Counted from the first letter of the stretch, positions 19,741 through 30,246 are shown. The stretch: 64,000 bases of DNA from Candidatus Woesearchaeota archaeon (GCA_018675975.1 JABGXB010000003.1:203821-267820), one strand, 5' to 3'. The notes: generated by a model from the letters alone, not told the origin. Made by a program: numbers and translations.

Positions 19741-20982
19741 TTAGAAAAATTGTGTAAAAGTCCCTTGATTGATTTCTTGTTTTTTAAACTTTTTAATTCT
19801 TTTTTTCTTACCACTTTTTTCTTTTATAGTATTTGGACCTGAAATTCTAATAAAAGTTGCATTTTTTGAATTAAAATCATATGAAAATCCTGTGTCAAAA
19901 ATTCTTTCTTCAATATTAACCATATTTTTTTCCCCCTTTGAAAGATCAAGTTCAATATTATTTAGCTTCTTTTTATCATAAGATAATGAAATATTTTTAT
20001 CTTCTGAATTAATATTTGGAATTGGAACAATTAAATTTTTATCCAATTCTATACTTTTATCAACATCAGAAACTTCACTCTCATATTGAACTTTTATCCC
20101 CTTTATATTATTGGAAATCTCTTGTATTTTTAAACCTTTTTTATTTTCATTATGTTTTTTATCATCAATAACTGTTTTCACTACTTTTGGTTGATTAGTA
20201 CTACTTACTTGTGTTTTGGTTATTTTACTTAATGTTTTTTTATTAATTTCTGAAACTTTAATTGGTTTTTTAATATTTATTTTTTTAATAACTGATTCCT
20301 TAATAACTTGTTTTTTAACAATTGGTTTTTTAATATTTATTTTTTTAATAACTGATTCCTTAATAACTTGTTTTTTAACAATTGGTTTTTTAATTATTTT
20401 TTTTTCTTTAATAGTACTTTTACCCTTAGCAGTATTAATTTTATTATTTGAAATATTTGGCTTAATAAAATTTACATTATTAGTTAAAACTGATTTAGTT
20501 TTAACAATATTATCAACACCAATTACTACATTTTTTTTTCTTTTAGTAGGAATTTCATCTTTATATTTAATATTATGAAAACTATTAAGTTCATTTACCA
20601 TATTTTCTTTTTTTATAAAATCATTTGAATATAATTTTTTTAATCTTTTTTTTCTTAATTTTATTATAATATCCTTTGAAAATAATATTAAAATTAATGA
20701 AATAAAACTAATTATTAATAATTTATAATTTTCAACTAAAAAAAAACTAATAATAAAATAATATAAACTAAAAATTAATGCTAATGATTGAATAAAAATA
20801 AATAATTTAAGACCTGCAATTTTCTGTTTTAGCGTTAGTGGACCATTAATAATTATCAAAAATCCCATAATAGTAAATATAAGTAATTTAGAATATCCAG
20901 AATAATTTAGAAATATAAATAATAAAACAAAAACAATCAGATTTGATATAGTTACAAACATAAAATTAGATAATTTCTTCAT
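19741..20982 (-). CDS. Hypothetical membrane protein (about 4 TMs) with Lys-rich repeat tail
   Basis: Hydrophobic N-terminus, long basic low-complexity region. Confidence 0.7.
   Translation of the reverse strand: MKKLSNFMFVTISNLIVFVLLFIFLNYSGYSKLLIFTIMGFLIIINGPLTLKQKIAGLKLFIFIQSLALIFSLYYFIISFFLVENYKLLIISFISLILILFSKDIIIKLRKKRLKKLYSNDFIKKENMVNELNSFHNIKYKDEIPTKRKKNVVIGVDNIVKTKSVLTNNVNFIKPNISNNKINTAKGKSTIKEKKIIKKPIVKKQVIKESVIKKINIKKPIVKKQVIKESVIKKINIKKPIKVSEINKKTLSKITKTQVSSTNQPKVVKTVIDDKKHNENKKGLKIQEISNNIKGIKVQYESEVSDVDKSIELDKNLIVPIPNINSEDKNISLSYDKKKLNNIELDLSKGEKNMVNIEERIFDTGFSYDFNSKNATFIRISGPNTIKEKSGKKKRIKKFKKQEINQGTFTQFF
20261..20394 (-). repeat. Perfect 60-bp coding tandem repeat (2 copies plus 14 bp)
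   Basis: 20261-20320 identical to 20321-20380; encodes VKKQVIKESVIKKINIKKPI. Confidence 0.95.
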
Positions 20983-21120
20983 TGTATAACAAAAATTAGA
21001 AAATTTGATTTATAAGAATTTATATTATTTATTAGTTCTAACACATTTTAATATAAAAAAAAAGCTAATTATATTATTAATAATCAATAGATTTAAAAAT
21101 CACAATAAATTGAAACCAAT

Positions 21121-21483
21121 ATGAGACCAAAAACAACTAGTCGAAATAAAACATATAGAAAAAAAAATACAGAAACTACTGAAATAGTAAGAGTTAGGCT
21201 TCCAAAAGAAGCAGAAAGAGAATTATTAGCTGTAGTAGATCAAAGATTAGGTGGTTCACGTCTTAGAGTTAGATGTTTTGACGGTTTAACAAGAATAGCT
21301 AGGATTCCAGGAAAATATAAAAGAAGATTATGGATAAGAGAAGGAGATACAGTAATTATTATACCATGGGAATTTGGTGGCGATGAAAAAGCCGATTTAA
21401 TATTTAAATATACACCAAATCAAGTAGGATTTTTAAAAAGAAAAGGAATGTTATCAATTCTCGAAGATGGTGAAGAATTTTAA
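21121..21483 (+). CDS. eif1a: Translation initiation factor aIF-1A
   Basis: LGGSRLRVRCFDG..RIARIPGK...LWIREGD. Confidence 0.95.
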   Translation: MRPKTTSRNKTYRKKNTETTEIVRVRLPKEAERELLAVVDQRLGGSRLRVRCFDGLTRIARIPGKYKRRLWIREGDTVIIIPWEFGGDEKADLIFKYTPNQVGFLKRKGMLSILEDGEEF

Positions 21484-21526
21484 TTAAATCATAAAGTTTT
21501 TTAAATATAAAAAAAAATTCAATAAT

Positions 21527-22441
21527 ATGACAGGTAATATAAAAAAAATATTTTTTGTAATAATATTTATTATAATTACACTTTTAATTTCATTAATTAT
21601 TAATTTTGTAACTTCAGACTTTAATATAGAATTAAGTGATAATGTAAATGTGGCATTAATTAAAATTAATGGTCCCATAATGTATGGAGAAAATGGTGGA
21701 ATATTTTCTGGTGACCAAAGAGATGCAGCAGCTATTTCTAAAGAGATTAATAGTGCAAGTGAAGATGAAAGTATTGATGTAATATTATTAGATATTAACT
21801 CACCAGGTGGTACTGTAGTTGCAAGTAAAGAAATTTCTAATGCAGTAAAAAGAAGTGATAAATTAGTAATTTCATTAATTAAAGAAGTAGGAGCAAGTGG
21901 TGCATATTGGATTGCTTCACAATCAGATTATATAATTGCTGATTCTATGAGTATTACAGGAAGTATTGGTGTCATTGCAAGCTATTTAGAATTTGGTGGA
22001 CTATTGGACGAATATGGCATCTCATATGAAAAAATGATTGGTGGGAAATACAAAGATATGGGAAGTCCTTTTAGAAACTTAACTTTAGAAGAAAGAAATT
22101 TATTTCAATCAAAAATTGATCAAATCCATGAAGAATTTAAATTTGCAGTAATGAAAAATAGAAATTTAACTCAAGAAGAAATAGATGAATTAGGCCAAGG
22201 TCAATTTTTCTTAGGAATAGAAGCAAAAGAAAATAAATTAATTGATGAATTAGGAGATAAATATTTATTTGAAGAATTATTAAAGAAAAAATATAATGTA
22301 ACTGAAATTAAATATACCCAATTTGAAAAAGAAATGACATTAATTGATGCATTTTTTGGAAAAGTTGAATCTAGTTTTTATAATGTTGGACAAGGAATTG
22401 CAGATTCTTTTAAAACTGAACAAAGATTAAAAATAAAATAA
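21527..22441 (+). CDS. sppA: Signal peptide peptidase SppA (S49)
   Basis: INSPGG, GASGAYWIAS, TGSIGV, GKYKD. Confidence 0.93.
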   Translation: MTGNIKKIFFVIIFIIITLLISLIINFVTSDFNIELSDNVNVALIKINGPIMYGENGGIFSGDQRDAAAISKEINSASEDESIDVILLDINSPGGTVVASKEISNAVKRSDKLVISLIKEVGASGAYWIASQSDYIIADSMSITGSIGVIASYLEFGGLLDEYGISYEKMIGGKYKDMGSPFRNLTLEERNLFQSKIDQIHEEFKFAVMKNRNLTQEEIDELGQGQFFLGIEAKENKLIDELGDKYLFEELLKKKYNVTEIKYTQFEKEMTLIDAFFGKVESSFYNVGQGIADSFKTEQRLKIK

Positions 22442-22942
22442 TTATTTTCTAATTGGTTTTTCATAAAAACTAAATGCCATAAAAAATCGTGGAACTCTGG
22501 CAATAGGTCTTAAAAATCTCATAAAATATCTGGAGCGAGATCCACGAGCAACAACTTTTTCAGCCTCTTCAATAATTAATCTACTTTCTTTTTGAACTTC
22601 AACTACACTATGCAAATATTTTTGTGTATTTTGTCCAAATTCTGCAATTAAATAAAATTCTTCTAATAATCTTAATATTAAAAAAAATGGAAATACTGCA
22701 ATAATTTCAAGCCAATAATGTTTTAAAAAAGATTTAAAATTTCTAAGTCTATAATATTTAAAACATAAATCAATAATAAAAAATGAAATAATAATATTAT
22801 CCAATATATGAAATAAAGTTATATAATTTTGTGCAAAATCATGAAAAAAAATTTCTGCAATAATAATAAATAATAAAATAATTAATAAATATGGAATTGA
22901 CTTATCTATAAAACACTCGCATTTAGACAACCACTTTTTCAT
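22442..22942 (-). CDS. Stand-alone voltage-sensor-like (ion transport S1-S4) protein
   Basis: FIIDL..KY, F.K.YWLEIIAVFPF, periodic-Arg helix RYFMRFLRPIARVPRF; no pore domain. Confidence 0.6.
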   Translation of the reverse strand: MKKWLSKCECFIDKSIPYLLIILLFIIIAEIFFHDFAQNYITLFHILDNIIISFFIIDLCFKYYRLRNFKSFLKHYWLEIIAVFPFFLILRLLEEFYLIAEFGQNTQKYLHSVVEVQKESRLIIEEAEKVVARGSRSRYFMRFLRPIARVPRFFMAFSFYEKPIRK

Positions 22943-22992
22943 ATATAATTAGTAATATACACAAATATAAATATAACTAACTTACATAAAAA

Positions 22993-23520
22993 TTAAGCAA
23001 CTCTTAAAAATCTAGTTCTGGCAATGATTTCTTCATATTTTTTAGATTTTAATTTCAATTCTTTTTCTAAATTAGTAAAATAATCAAAAACTCTCTTTAC
23101 CACTCTATCTTCTTTTCTTCTACCCATAGTATGATTAGGATGTCTTCTATATATCATAAGTTGAATTTCAGATAATTGATCTACTGCGGCACCCAAATCA
23201 GATTCAACTATTACACCAGCTAAATATTGAGAAATATCGCCATTTATAATAATTTTATTTAAATTTGCCACTTCAGAACAAACATTTCCCTCTAAAACTG
23301 ATTCTTTTTCTGTTAATCTATAAAATGGTTTATTTAAAAAATTTAAAGAAGGAATCGAATCTGTTAAGGAATAATCAGGACTTTTTTTTTCTGACTTTTT
23401 CGCTGATTGCGAACTAGTACCAAAAGCAAAACCTGTTTTTTCAACAGGAAGTTGTCTTACAGTTGAGCCGTTATTTGAATTATTTCCATTATAATTTTGA
23501 TCCTTATTTTCGTATACCAT
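22993..23520 (-). CDS. Hypothetical protein
   Basis: 175-aa ORF filling the gap; no motif recognised. Confidence 0.6.
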   Translation of the reverse strand: MVYENKDQNYNGNNSNNGSTVRQLPVEKTGFAFGTSSQSAKKSEKKSPDYSLTDSIPSLNFLNKPFYRLTEKESVLEGNVCSEVANLNKIIINGDISQYLAGVIVESDLGAAVDQLSEIQLMIYRRHPNHTMGRRKEDRVVKRVFDYFTNLEKELKLKSKKYEEIIARTRFLRVA

Positions 23521-23658
23521 TTTAGTTAAAATACTTTAAACAAATAACACATTAAAATATAATGTGACTACATAACGTTATTTTTAGAATTTTATTTTTA
23601 AATAAAAAAATTAAAACTATTTCAATAAATTTATAAAATTAATATTAAAAAAAATAGT

Positions 23659-25401
23659 ATGGAAGAAAAACTAAAAGAAGTATATAAATGTCAAGAGTGG
23701 GATTTGAGTGAATTAAATAAACAAAATATTAAAGATTATTTTAAATCCATAGAACAATTAGCTAATAAGATTGAATCATATAAAGATAATTTAAATGAAG
23801 ATACAACAATAGGACAAATAAATGAAATATTACAAAAAAAAGAAGAATTAAAAATACAAATATCAACTCTTTTAAGTTATCATAATTTAAAAACATATGA
23901 AAATTCAACAGATCAAGATTCTAATACTAAATTATCACAAATATGTGATTATTTGAGCGATATTTCAAATAGACTGTTATTTTTTAATTTCTGGTTTAAA
24001 GGTATAAAAGAAGAAAAAGCTAATGAATTAATTTCACAATCTACAAAATATAAATATTTATTGCAAAGTATTAGAAAAAATATACCATATACATTATCTG
24101 AAGAAGAAGAAAAATTAATTAATATTAAAGATAATAATGGAACTGAAGCAGTTTTTCAAATATATGAAATATTAACAAGTCAATTTACATATGATTGGAA
24201 TGGAGAAGAAATAAATCAATCCCAATTATTAAAATATGTAAAAAGTTCTAAAAGAGAAGAAAGAAAAAAAGCATATACATTGCTTATGGAAAAATATAAA
24301 AATTATAAAGATGTAATTGCAGAAGTATATAAAAATCGTGTATTAGATTGGCATAATGAAAATATAAAATTAAGGGGACATAAAAATCCAATATCAGTTA
24401 GAAATAATATAAATGATGTTCCTGATCAAGTAGTTGAAGTACTATTAAAAGTAATTAAAAAAAATTCAATTTTATTTCAAAAATATTTTAAAATTAAACA
24501 AAAATTATTAGGTCTTAAAAATTTTGATAGATTTGATATTTATACACCATTAAAAACAGATGAAGATAAATATGAATATGATTCAGCAATTCAAATGATT
24601 TTAAGTGCCTTTGAAAAATTTGATATTAAATTTAAACAAAATGCGCTAAAAATAATTGAATCTAATCATATTCATGCACCAATTATAAAAAATAAAAGAG
24701 GAGGTGCATTTTGTTATTCTCCCTCCACCAAAATAATACCATATGTTCTTACTAATTTCTCAGGTAATATAAGAGATGTATCAACAATAGCACATGAATT
24801 AGGTCATGGAATTCATAGCTTACTTGCAAATGATAAAGGTGAATTTGGTTTTCATGCAACATTACCATTAGCAGAAACAGCAAGTATATTTTCTGAAATG
24901 TTATTATTAGACTATTTAGTAGAAAAATATCCAGAAAAAAGAACTGAATTAATAGTTAATTTAATGGATGACTCTTTTGGAAGTATATTAAGACAATATG
25001 ATTTTGTTAATTTTGAAATTAAAGCACATGATATGATAAAAGATGGAAAAACATATGATGAAATTAGTGAAGAGTATTTAAATGATTTAAAAAGTCAATA
25101 TAAAATTAAAATTGATGATAATTTTAAATATGAATGGATGTATGTAAATCACATTTTTGACAGGCCATTTTATGTTTATGCTTATGCATTTGGAAAATTA
25201 TTAACACTTGCGTTATATGAATTATATTTAGAAAACAAAGATAAATTTAAACCAAAAATAATAAAATTATTATCTGAAGGTGGAAGTAAAAGTCCAATTG
25301 AAATTACAAAAGAGATTGGAATTGATATAACAGATGAAAAATTTTGGCAAAAAGGTTTTGATTTTTTAAATGAATATTTAAAAGAATTAGAAAATAATTA
25401 A
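23659..25401 (+). CDS. pepF: Oligoendopeptidase F (M3B)
   Basis: WDLSEL, KRGGAFC, AHELGHGIH, AETASIFSE, FYVYAYAFG. Confidence 0.93.
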   Translation: MEEKLKEVYKCQEWDLSELNKQNIKDYFKSIEQLANKIESYKDNLNEDTTIGQINEILQKKEELKIQISTLLSYHNLKTYENSTDQDSNTKLSQICDYLSDISNRLLFFNFWFKGIKEEKANELISQSTKYKYLLQSIRKNIPYTLSEEEEKLINIKDNNGTEAVFQIYEILTSQFTYDWNGEEINQSQLLKYVKSSKREERKKAYTLLMEKYKNYKDVIAEVYKNRVLDWHNENIKLRGHKNPISVRNNINDVPDQVVEVLLKVIKKNSILFQKYFKIKQKLLGLKNFDRFDIYTPLKTDEDKYEYDSAIQMILSAFEKFDIKFKQNALKIIESNHIHAPIIKNKRGGAFCYSPSTKIIPYVLTNFSGNIRDVSTIAHELGHGIHSLLANDKGEFGFHATLPLAETASIFSEMLLLDYLVEKYPEKRTELIVNLMDDSFGSILRQYDFVNFEIKAHDMIKDGKTYDEISEEYLNDLKSQYKIKIDDNFKYEWMYVNHIFDRPFYVYAYAFGKLLTLALYELYLENKDKFKPKIIKLLSEGGSKSPIEITKEIGIDITDEKFWQKGFDFLNEYLKELENN

Positions 25402-26135
25402 AATCTATTAAAAAGATTTTTCCAATTAAACTTTTTTGTTTTTACTGTTCTTTTATATCTTAAAAAATCATTTAGCTCTCTATCAATATTAATAAAATTT
25501 GGAAATAATTTTTCTTCAGCTCTAAAGTCTTTACTATGATGAACTGTATTCGTTTTTGCTTTGTAAAATTTATGTTTTTTATGTAACATTTCATGATAAA
25601 CTACAAATCTAATTAAATGTAATGGGGCATTTTTTAATATTGAACTTATTGTTATTGTATCATTTTGATAATTATATGTACCCAAAGTTCTTTTTGAAAC
25701 TTCACCCCAAACTAAATTAGTTTGTTCAATTGCTTCTTCAAATAATTCTTTATTATTTTTTTCAAACAATTCTTGTAAAAATGGATCAATTTTATTTTTT
25801 TCTACTGCAATATGTACATTAGAAATAAATTTATCATATAAATCTTGAGTAAATGTTTTTTTTTTTATTTTATTAATTTTAAAAATTAAATATTCTAATA
25901 ATCCTTTAATAATTAATTCATTACTATCCAACCAATTTTTATTTAATTTAATTTCATATTTACAAAACATTGGAATATGTTTAATATTTGCATTATAATC
26001 AGATAAATGATTAGAGAATACTACTTTTACTTGAGGTAAACGTCTATTTGGAAAATGTTCCTGATAAATTTGATTAATTAATTCTTGAATTATATTAATT
26101 TTATTTTCAAGTAATAATTTTTCCTCTTTTCTCAT
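25398..26135 (-). CDS. SprT/YgjP-like zinc metallopeptidase
   Basis: LGTY, FVVYHEMLH, HHSKDFR. Confidence 0.75.
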   Translation of the reverse strand: MRKEEKLLLENKINIIQELINQIYQEHFPNRRLPQVKVVFSNHLSDYNANIKHIPMFCKYEIKLNKNWLDSNELIIKGLLEYLIFKINKIKKKTFTQDLYDKFISNVHIAVEKNKIDPFLQELFEKNNKELFEEAIEQTNLVWGEVSKRTLGTYNYQNDTITISSILKNAPLHLIRFVVYHEMLHKKHKFYKAKTNTVHHSKDFRAEEKLFPNFINIDRELNDFLRYKRTVKTKKFNWKNLFNRF

Positions 26136-26200
26136 AAATTAAAGAATTTTAATTCCTTTATAATTTTTTATTAAACAAATAATAAAACAAAAGACTTATA

Positions 26201-26239
26201 TATTAACTTTGATTAATACATATTAACTATGGTAAATAC
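26201..26239 (+). promoter_or_regulatory. Putative tandem operator of the wHTH-MNT gene
   Basis: Two imperfect palindromes TATTAACTTTGATTAATAC / TATTAACTATGGTAAATAC, 20 bp apart, between a TATA-like box and the start codon. Confidence 0.55.
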
Positions 26240-26777
26240 TATTAAACTAAAGTTAACAGGTTTGCAACAAAACATTTTGAGACTTTTATTTATAAAATCT
26301 GGAAAATCATTAAATCAAAGAGGAATAGCTAAAATTCTATCCGTTTCTCCACCTGCTATAATGAAAGCCATTCCTAATCTAGAAAAAAACAATTATATCA
26401 GAATAAAACAAGATAAAGAATCAAAAAGATGGTCTATTGAATTAAATAGAGATAATTATAAAATAATGTATTTGAAAAGAGTTGATAATTTAAAACAAAT
26501 ATACGAATCAAAATTACTAGAATGTTTAGAACAAGAGTTTGCTGGATCTACAATCATATTATTTGGAAGTTATTCAAGAGGCGAAGATACTGAAAATTCA
26601 GATACAGACATTGCAATAATTGGAAGAAAAGAAAAAAATATTAATTTAAATAAATATGAAAAACTATTAGATAGAAGAATAAATTTAAATTTTTATGAAT
26701 CATTTTCAAAAATACATAAAAACTTAAAAGAAAATCTTTTTAATGGAATTGTCCTATCAGGTGGGATAGAACTTTGA
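26229..26777 (+). CDS. wHTH + minimal nucleotidyltransferase (MNT antitoxin)
   Basis: N-terminal HTH (QRGIAKILSVSPPAI), LFGSYSRGED...SDTDIAII. Confidence 0.88.
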   Translation: MVNTIKLKLTGLQQNILRLLFIKSGKSLNQRGIAKILSVSPPAIMKAIPNLEKNNYIRIKQDKESKRWSIELNRDNYKIMYLKRVDNLKQIYESKLLECLEQEFAGSTIILFGSYSRGEDTENSDTDIAIIGRKEKNINLNKYEKLLDRRINLNFYESFSKIHKNLKENLFNGIVLSGGIEL

Positions 26778-27229
26778 AAGCTATTAAAAATTTTAAAGAA
26801 TTTTTAAAAGAAGGCATAGTAAAAAAACAATCTCCTGATAAATCAAGAGCAAAATTTTTAATTAAAGAATCTGAAAATTCAAATAAATCATTATTGGAAT
26901 TAATAGAAAAAATTAAATTAAGTGATGTAAATGCCAATATGTTTATTAGATTATGTTATGACATTCTAATGGAATTAATAAGATCAAAAATGTTATTAGA
27001 TGGATATAATGCCTCAGGTCAAGGTGCACATGAAGCTGAAGTTTCTTATTTAAGATTATTAAATTTTAAAGAAAATCAGATACAATTTTTTAATTCATTG
27101 AGATATTTTCGAAATGGAATAATTTATTATGGTAAAATAATGGACAAAGAATACGCTCAAAAAGTAATTGATTTTACAATAGATAATTATAAACATATTA
27201 AAAAAACATTAGATAATGATATTCAATAA
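26774..27229 (+). CDS. HEPN domain protein (MNT-HEPN partner)
   Basis: Overlaps MNT stop; helical; GAHEA and RYFRNGIIYYG (Rx4Y variant of Rx4-6H). Confidence 0.8.
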   Translation: MKAIKNFKEFLKEGIVKKQSPDKSRAKFLIKESENSNKSLLELIEKIKLSDVNANMFIRLCYDILMELIRSKMLLDGYNASGQGAHEAEVSYLRLLNFKENQIQFFNSLRYFRNGIIYYGKIMDKEYAQKVIDFTIDNYKHIKKTLDNDIQ

Positions 27230-27260
27230 AGATTATAAATAAATTATAAAAACCATCAAT

Positions 27261-28379
27261 ATGGAATTAATAATAAAAGTTAGAAATAGTATAATTGAAT
27301 TTTTATATTTAAATATACTTAAACCAATATTTTTTTTAATTGATCCACAAATAATGCATCATAAAGCAAATTTTGTTGGTAGTATAATTGGTTCTAATTT
27401 TATATTTAGATTTATTAATAAATTATTTTTTTCTTATTCCAATTCAAAATTAATTCAAAAAATTAATGGAATTAAATATAATAATCCCGTTGGAATCCCA
27501 GGAGGATTTGATAAAAACGGAATTATGATTAAAGGATTTGAAAGTACTGGTTTTGGTTTTTGTGAAATTGGAAGTATTACAGCATTATCATATAGAGGAA
27601 ATAAAGGAAGACATTTATGGAGATTAGTTAAATTAAAATCCCTAGTTGTTAATTATGGACTAAAAAATGAAGGTGCAAAAAAAATATATAGAAGAATTAA
27701 AAAGAAAAAAATAAATATTCCATTAGGAATAAATGTTGCAAGATCAAATAGAAAAGAAGTAAGTGGATTAGAAGATAGTATTAAAGATTATATAAAAACT
27801 GTAAAAGTCTTTTCAAAAAAAGCAAAATATTTTTGTATAAATATAAGTTGTCCAAATGCCGAGACTGGTTATATGTTTTTAATTAAAAAAAATTTAAAAT
27901 TATTATTAAATGAAATTGATAAATTAAAATTAAAACAACCAATTTACCTTAAACTCTCTGCAGACTTAACTAAAAAAGAAATTGATTCAATAATAGAAGT
28001 TTCAAAAAAACATAATGTTCATGGTTTTATTTGTACAAACTTAACTAAAAATAGAACTAATTTAAATATAAAAAAACATAATATTCCAAAAGTTGGAAGT
28101 TTAAGTGGAGTTTTAGTTAAAGAAAAATCTGATGAAGTAATTAAATACATATACAAAAAAACAAAAGGTAAGTATACTATAATTGGAACAGGTGGAATAT
28201 TTTCTGCAAAAGACGCATATCAAAAAATAAAATATGGTGCAAGTTTAGTTCAAGTATTTACTGGAATGATTTACAATGGTCCTCAATTAATAAGCCAGAT
28301 TAATCAAGGTATAGTAGAATATTTAGAAGAAGATGGTTATACACATGTTAATCAAGCCATAGGTTCCTACCATAATTAA
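27261..28379 (+). CDS. pyrD: Dihydroorotate dehydrogenase, class 2-like
   Basis: N-terminal extension, NPVG..GGFDKNG, EIGSIT, NISCPN, GSLSG, IGTGGI, GASLVQ. Confidence 0.9.
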   Translation: MELIIKVRNSIIEFLYLNILKPIFFLIDPQIMHHKANFVGSIIGSNFIFRFINKLFFSYSNSKLIQKINGIKYNNPVGIPGGFDKNGIMIKGFESTGFGFCEIGSITALSYRGNKGRHLWRLVKLKSLVVNYGLKNEGAKKIYRRIKKKKINIPLGINVARSNRKEVSGLEDSIKDYIKTVKVFSKKAKYFCINISCPNAETGYMFLIKKNLKLLLNEIDKLKLKQPIYLKLSADLTKKEIDSIIEVSKKHNVHGFICTNLTKNRTNLNIKKHNIPKVGSLSGVLVKEKSDEVIKYIYKKTKGKYTIIGTGGIFSAKDAYQKIKYGASLVQVFTGMIYNGPQLISQINQGIVEYLEEDGYTHVNQAIGSYHN

Positions 28380-28416
28380 GAAAAATAATATAAATAGAAA
28401 ATTATAAAATATTAAT

Positions 28417-29577
28417 ATGAGTTTAAGTCACAATTCACATTTTATTCATTTTTTAAAAAATAAAGAAATGAATCTTTTATACTTAGCAATTTTTTTTATA
28501 ACACTAGGAGATGCACTTATTAGTGTTTTTGTTCCAATTTATTTATATCAATTAGGTTATCAAGTAACTCAAATATTATATTTTTATTTATTAGTTTCAA
28601 TATTTTTTGTAACATTTTCAATATTAGGTGCAAAAATAACTTCTAGGTTTGGAGAAAAACATTCTATGATTATTTCCACTCCATTTGCAATATTATTTTA
28701 TATTGGATTAATATTTATGAATTCAAAGAGTTTTTTATTATTTTATTTTTTACCATTATTCATGGCATTTCGAGCCTTATTATTCAATTATGGTTTTCAT
28801 TTAAATTTTATCAATCATTCAAATAAAAATAAAACTGGAAATCAATTTGCTTTTATTCAAACTATTGCATTATTATCCACAGTCGTTTCTCCTTATATTG
28901 GAAGTTTAATTGCAGAATTAAATTTTGCATTTTTATTTATTATTAGTGCAATTATCATGACAATCGGAATCATTCCACTACTATTAACTCAAGATAAATG
29001 TGAAAAAATTGATTTTGATTCCAATTCAATATTTAAAACAATAAAATCAAAAAAAAACAGAGGAAATATTATTAGCTTTTGTGCTTATTCCATGGAAGCT
29101 AGCATTGGAAGAATCATATGGCCAATTTTCTTGATAATAATAATTGGAGAATTAAGTAAAACCGGTTTTATTGTATCTGCATCTATGTTCATATCTCTAA
29201 TGGCTTTTTATGTAATTGGAAAAATAACTGACAAAATAAATAAAATTAAATTAATTAGATTTGGAACATTATTATACTTTTTTGGTTGGATTGGAAGAAT
29301 TTTTGCAAATACTGGTTTTAAAATATTTTTCATCGATTCATATAAAAACTTAAGTGAAAAATTAGTATCCATACCTTTTTTTTCACATTCATATGACATG
29401 GCAAAAAAAAGAAAAAAATATTTTGAATTTGTAGTATACAGAGAAATTGTATTTAATTTAATTAGAATTATAATGATTCCAATATTAATTGTAATATTTT
29501 ATATTAATTTCCAACCATTTATATTAAGTTTTTTAATAGCAAGTATTTTTACAGCAGGATATATATTTATGGATTAA
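28417..29577 (+). CDS. MFS transporter
   Basis: About 12 TMs, GAKITSRFGEK and GKITDK loop motifs. Confidence 0.8.
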   Translation: MSLSHNSHFIHFLKNKEMNLLYLAIFFITLGDALISVFVPIYLYQLGYQVTQILYFYLLVSIFFVTFSILGAKITSRFGEKHSMIISTPFAILFYIGLIFMNSKSFLLFYFLPLFMAFRALLFNYGFHLNFINHSNKNKTGNQFAFIQTIALLSTVVSPYIGSLIAELNFAFLFIISAIIMTIGIIPLLLTQDKCEKIDFDSNSIFKTIKSKKNRGNIISFCAYSMEASIGRIIWPIFLIIIIGELSKTGFIVSASMFISLMAFYVIGKITDKINKIKLIRFGTLLYFFGWIGRIFANTGFKIFFIDSYKNLSEKLVSIPFFSHSYDMAKKRKKYFEFVVYREIVFNLIRIIMIPILIVIFYINFQPFILSFLIASIFTAGYIFMD

Positions 29578-29583
29578 TAGTAA

Positions 29584-30246
29584 TCAGAAATTATATTTTT
29601 TACTCCAATTAAAAGGATCTTTTCTCCATTCTTCTAATAATTGAATTTCTTGTTTATTAAAATAATCACTATTTTTTGCAACTTCAAATAATTGATCATA
29701 TGTTAATAGTGATCGAACTTGACATGGTGGATTTAAACTTTCAAAATCATTTTTTGAAACAGGAAACTCATAATCAAATATTGAAAAACAATAATTACAA
29801 TTTCCATTTTTATTTCGAATTGCATTTATTGCATTCATTGAAGTCTCACCAGTTGAGATTAAATCTTTAATTAAAATCACATTTTTATCTCTTAATAAAT
29901 CTGATTCAGAATCAATACCTTCTATTTGATTTTCCATTCCATGTCCCTTAGAATTTTTTCTAACATAAATTAATGGTTTTTCTAAAAGATCTGCTAAAGT
30001 AGTAGAAAAAGGAATACCTGAATTTGCAGTTCCTGCAATAACATCACATGCTATATTTTCATCAGAAATAATTTTTGCAAAACATTCAGCAAATAAACGT
30101 CTATAACTTGGATGTTCCAAAAATAATCTATTATCATTATATACAGGCATTATATCTCCTGCAACCCAGTTAAATGGTTTAGTTGGTCTTACTTTTACAG
30201 CACCAATATCCAAACCAAATTTTGCAATTTTTTTATGATAATCCAT
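29584..30246 (-). CDS. pyrE: Orotate phosphoribosyltransferase paralog B (PRPP motif altered, KD)
   Basis: YNDNR, YVRKNSKGHG, VILIKDLISTGET; closely similar to the adjacent copy. Confidence 0.8.
   Translation of the reverse strand: MDYHKKIAKFGLDIGAVKVRPTKPFNWVAGDIMPVYNDNRLFLEHPSYRRLFAECFAKIISDENIACDVIAGTANSGIPFSTTLADLLEKPLIYVRKNSKGHGMENQIEGIDSESDLLRDKNVILIKDLISTGETSMNAINAIRNKNGNCNYCFSIFDYEFPVSKNDFESLNPPCQVRSLLTYDQLFEVAKNSDYFNKQEIQLLEEWRKDPFNWSKKYNF

Noticed and set aside
20261-20394. CRISPR array interpretation of tandem repeats (also 6385-6660)
   Set aside because: Repeats are contiguous, in-frame and spacer-less; no cas genes
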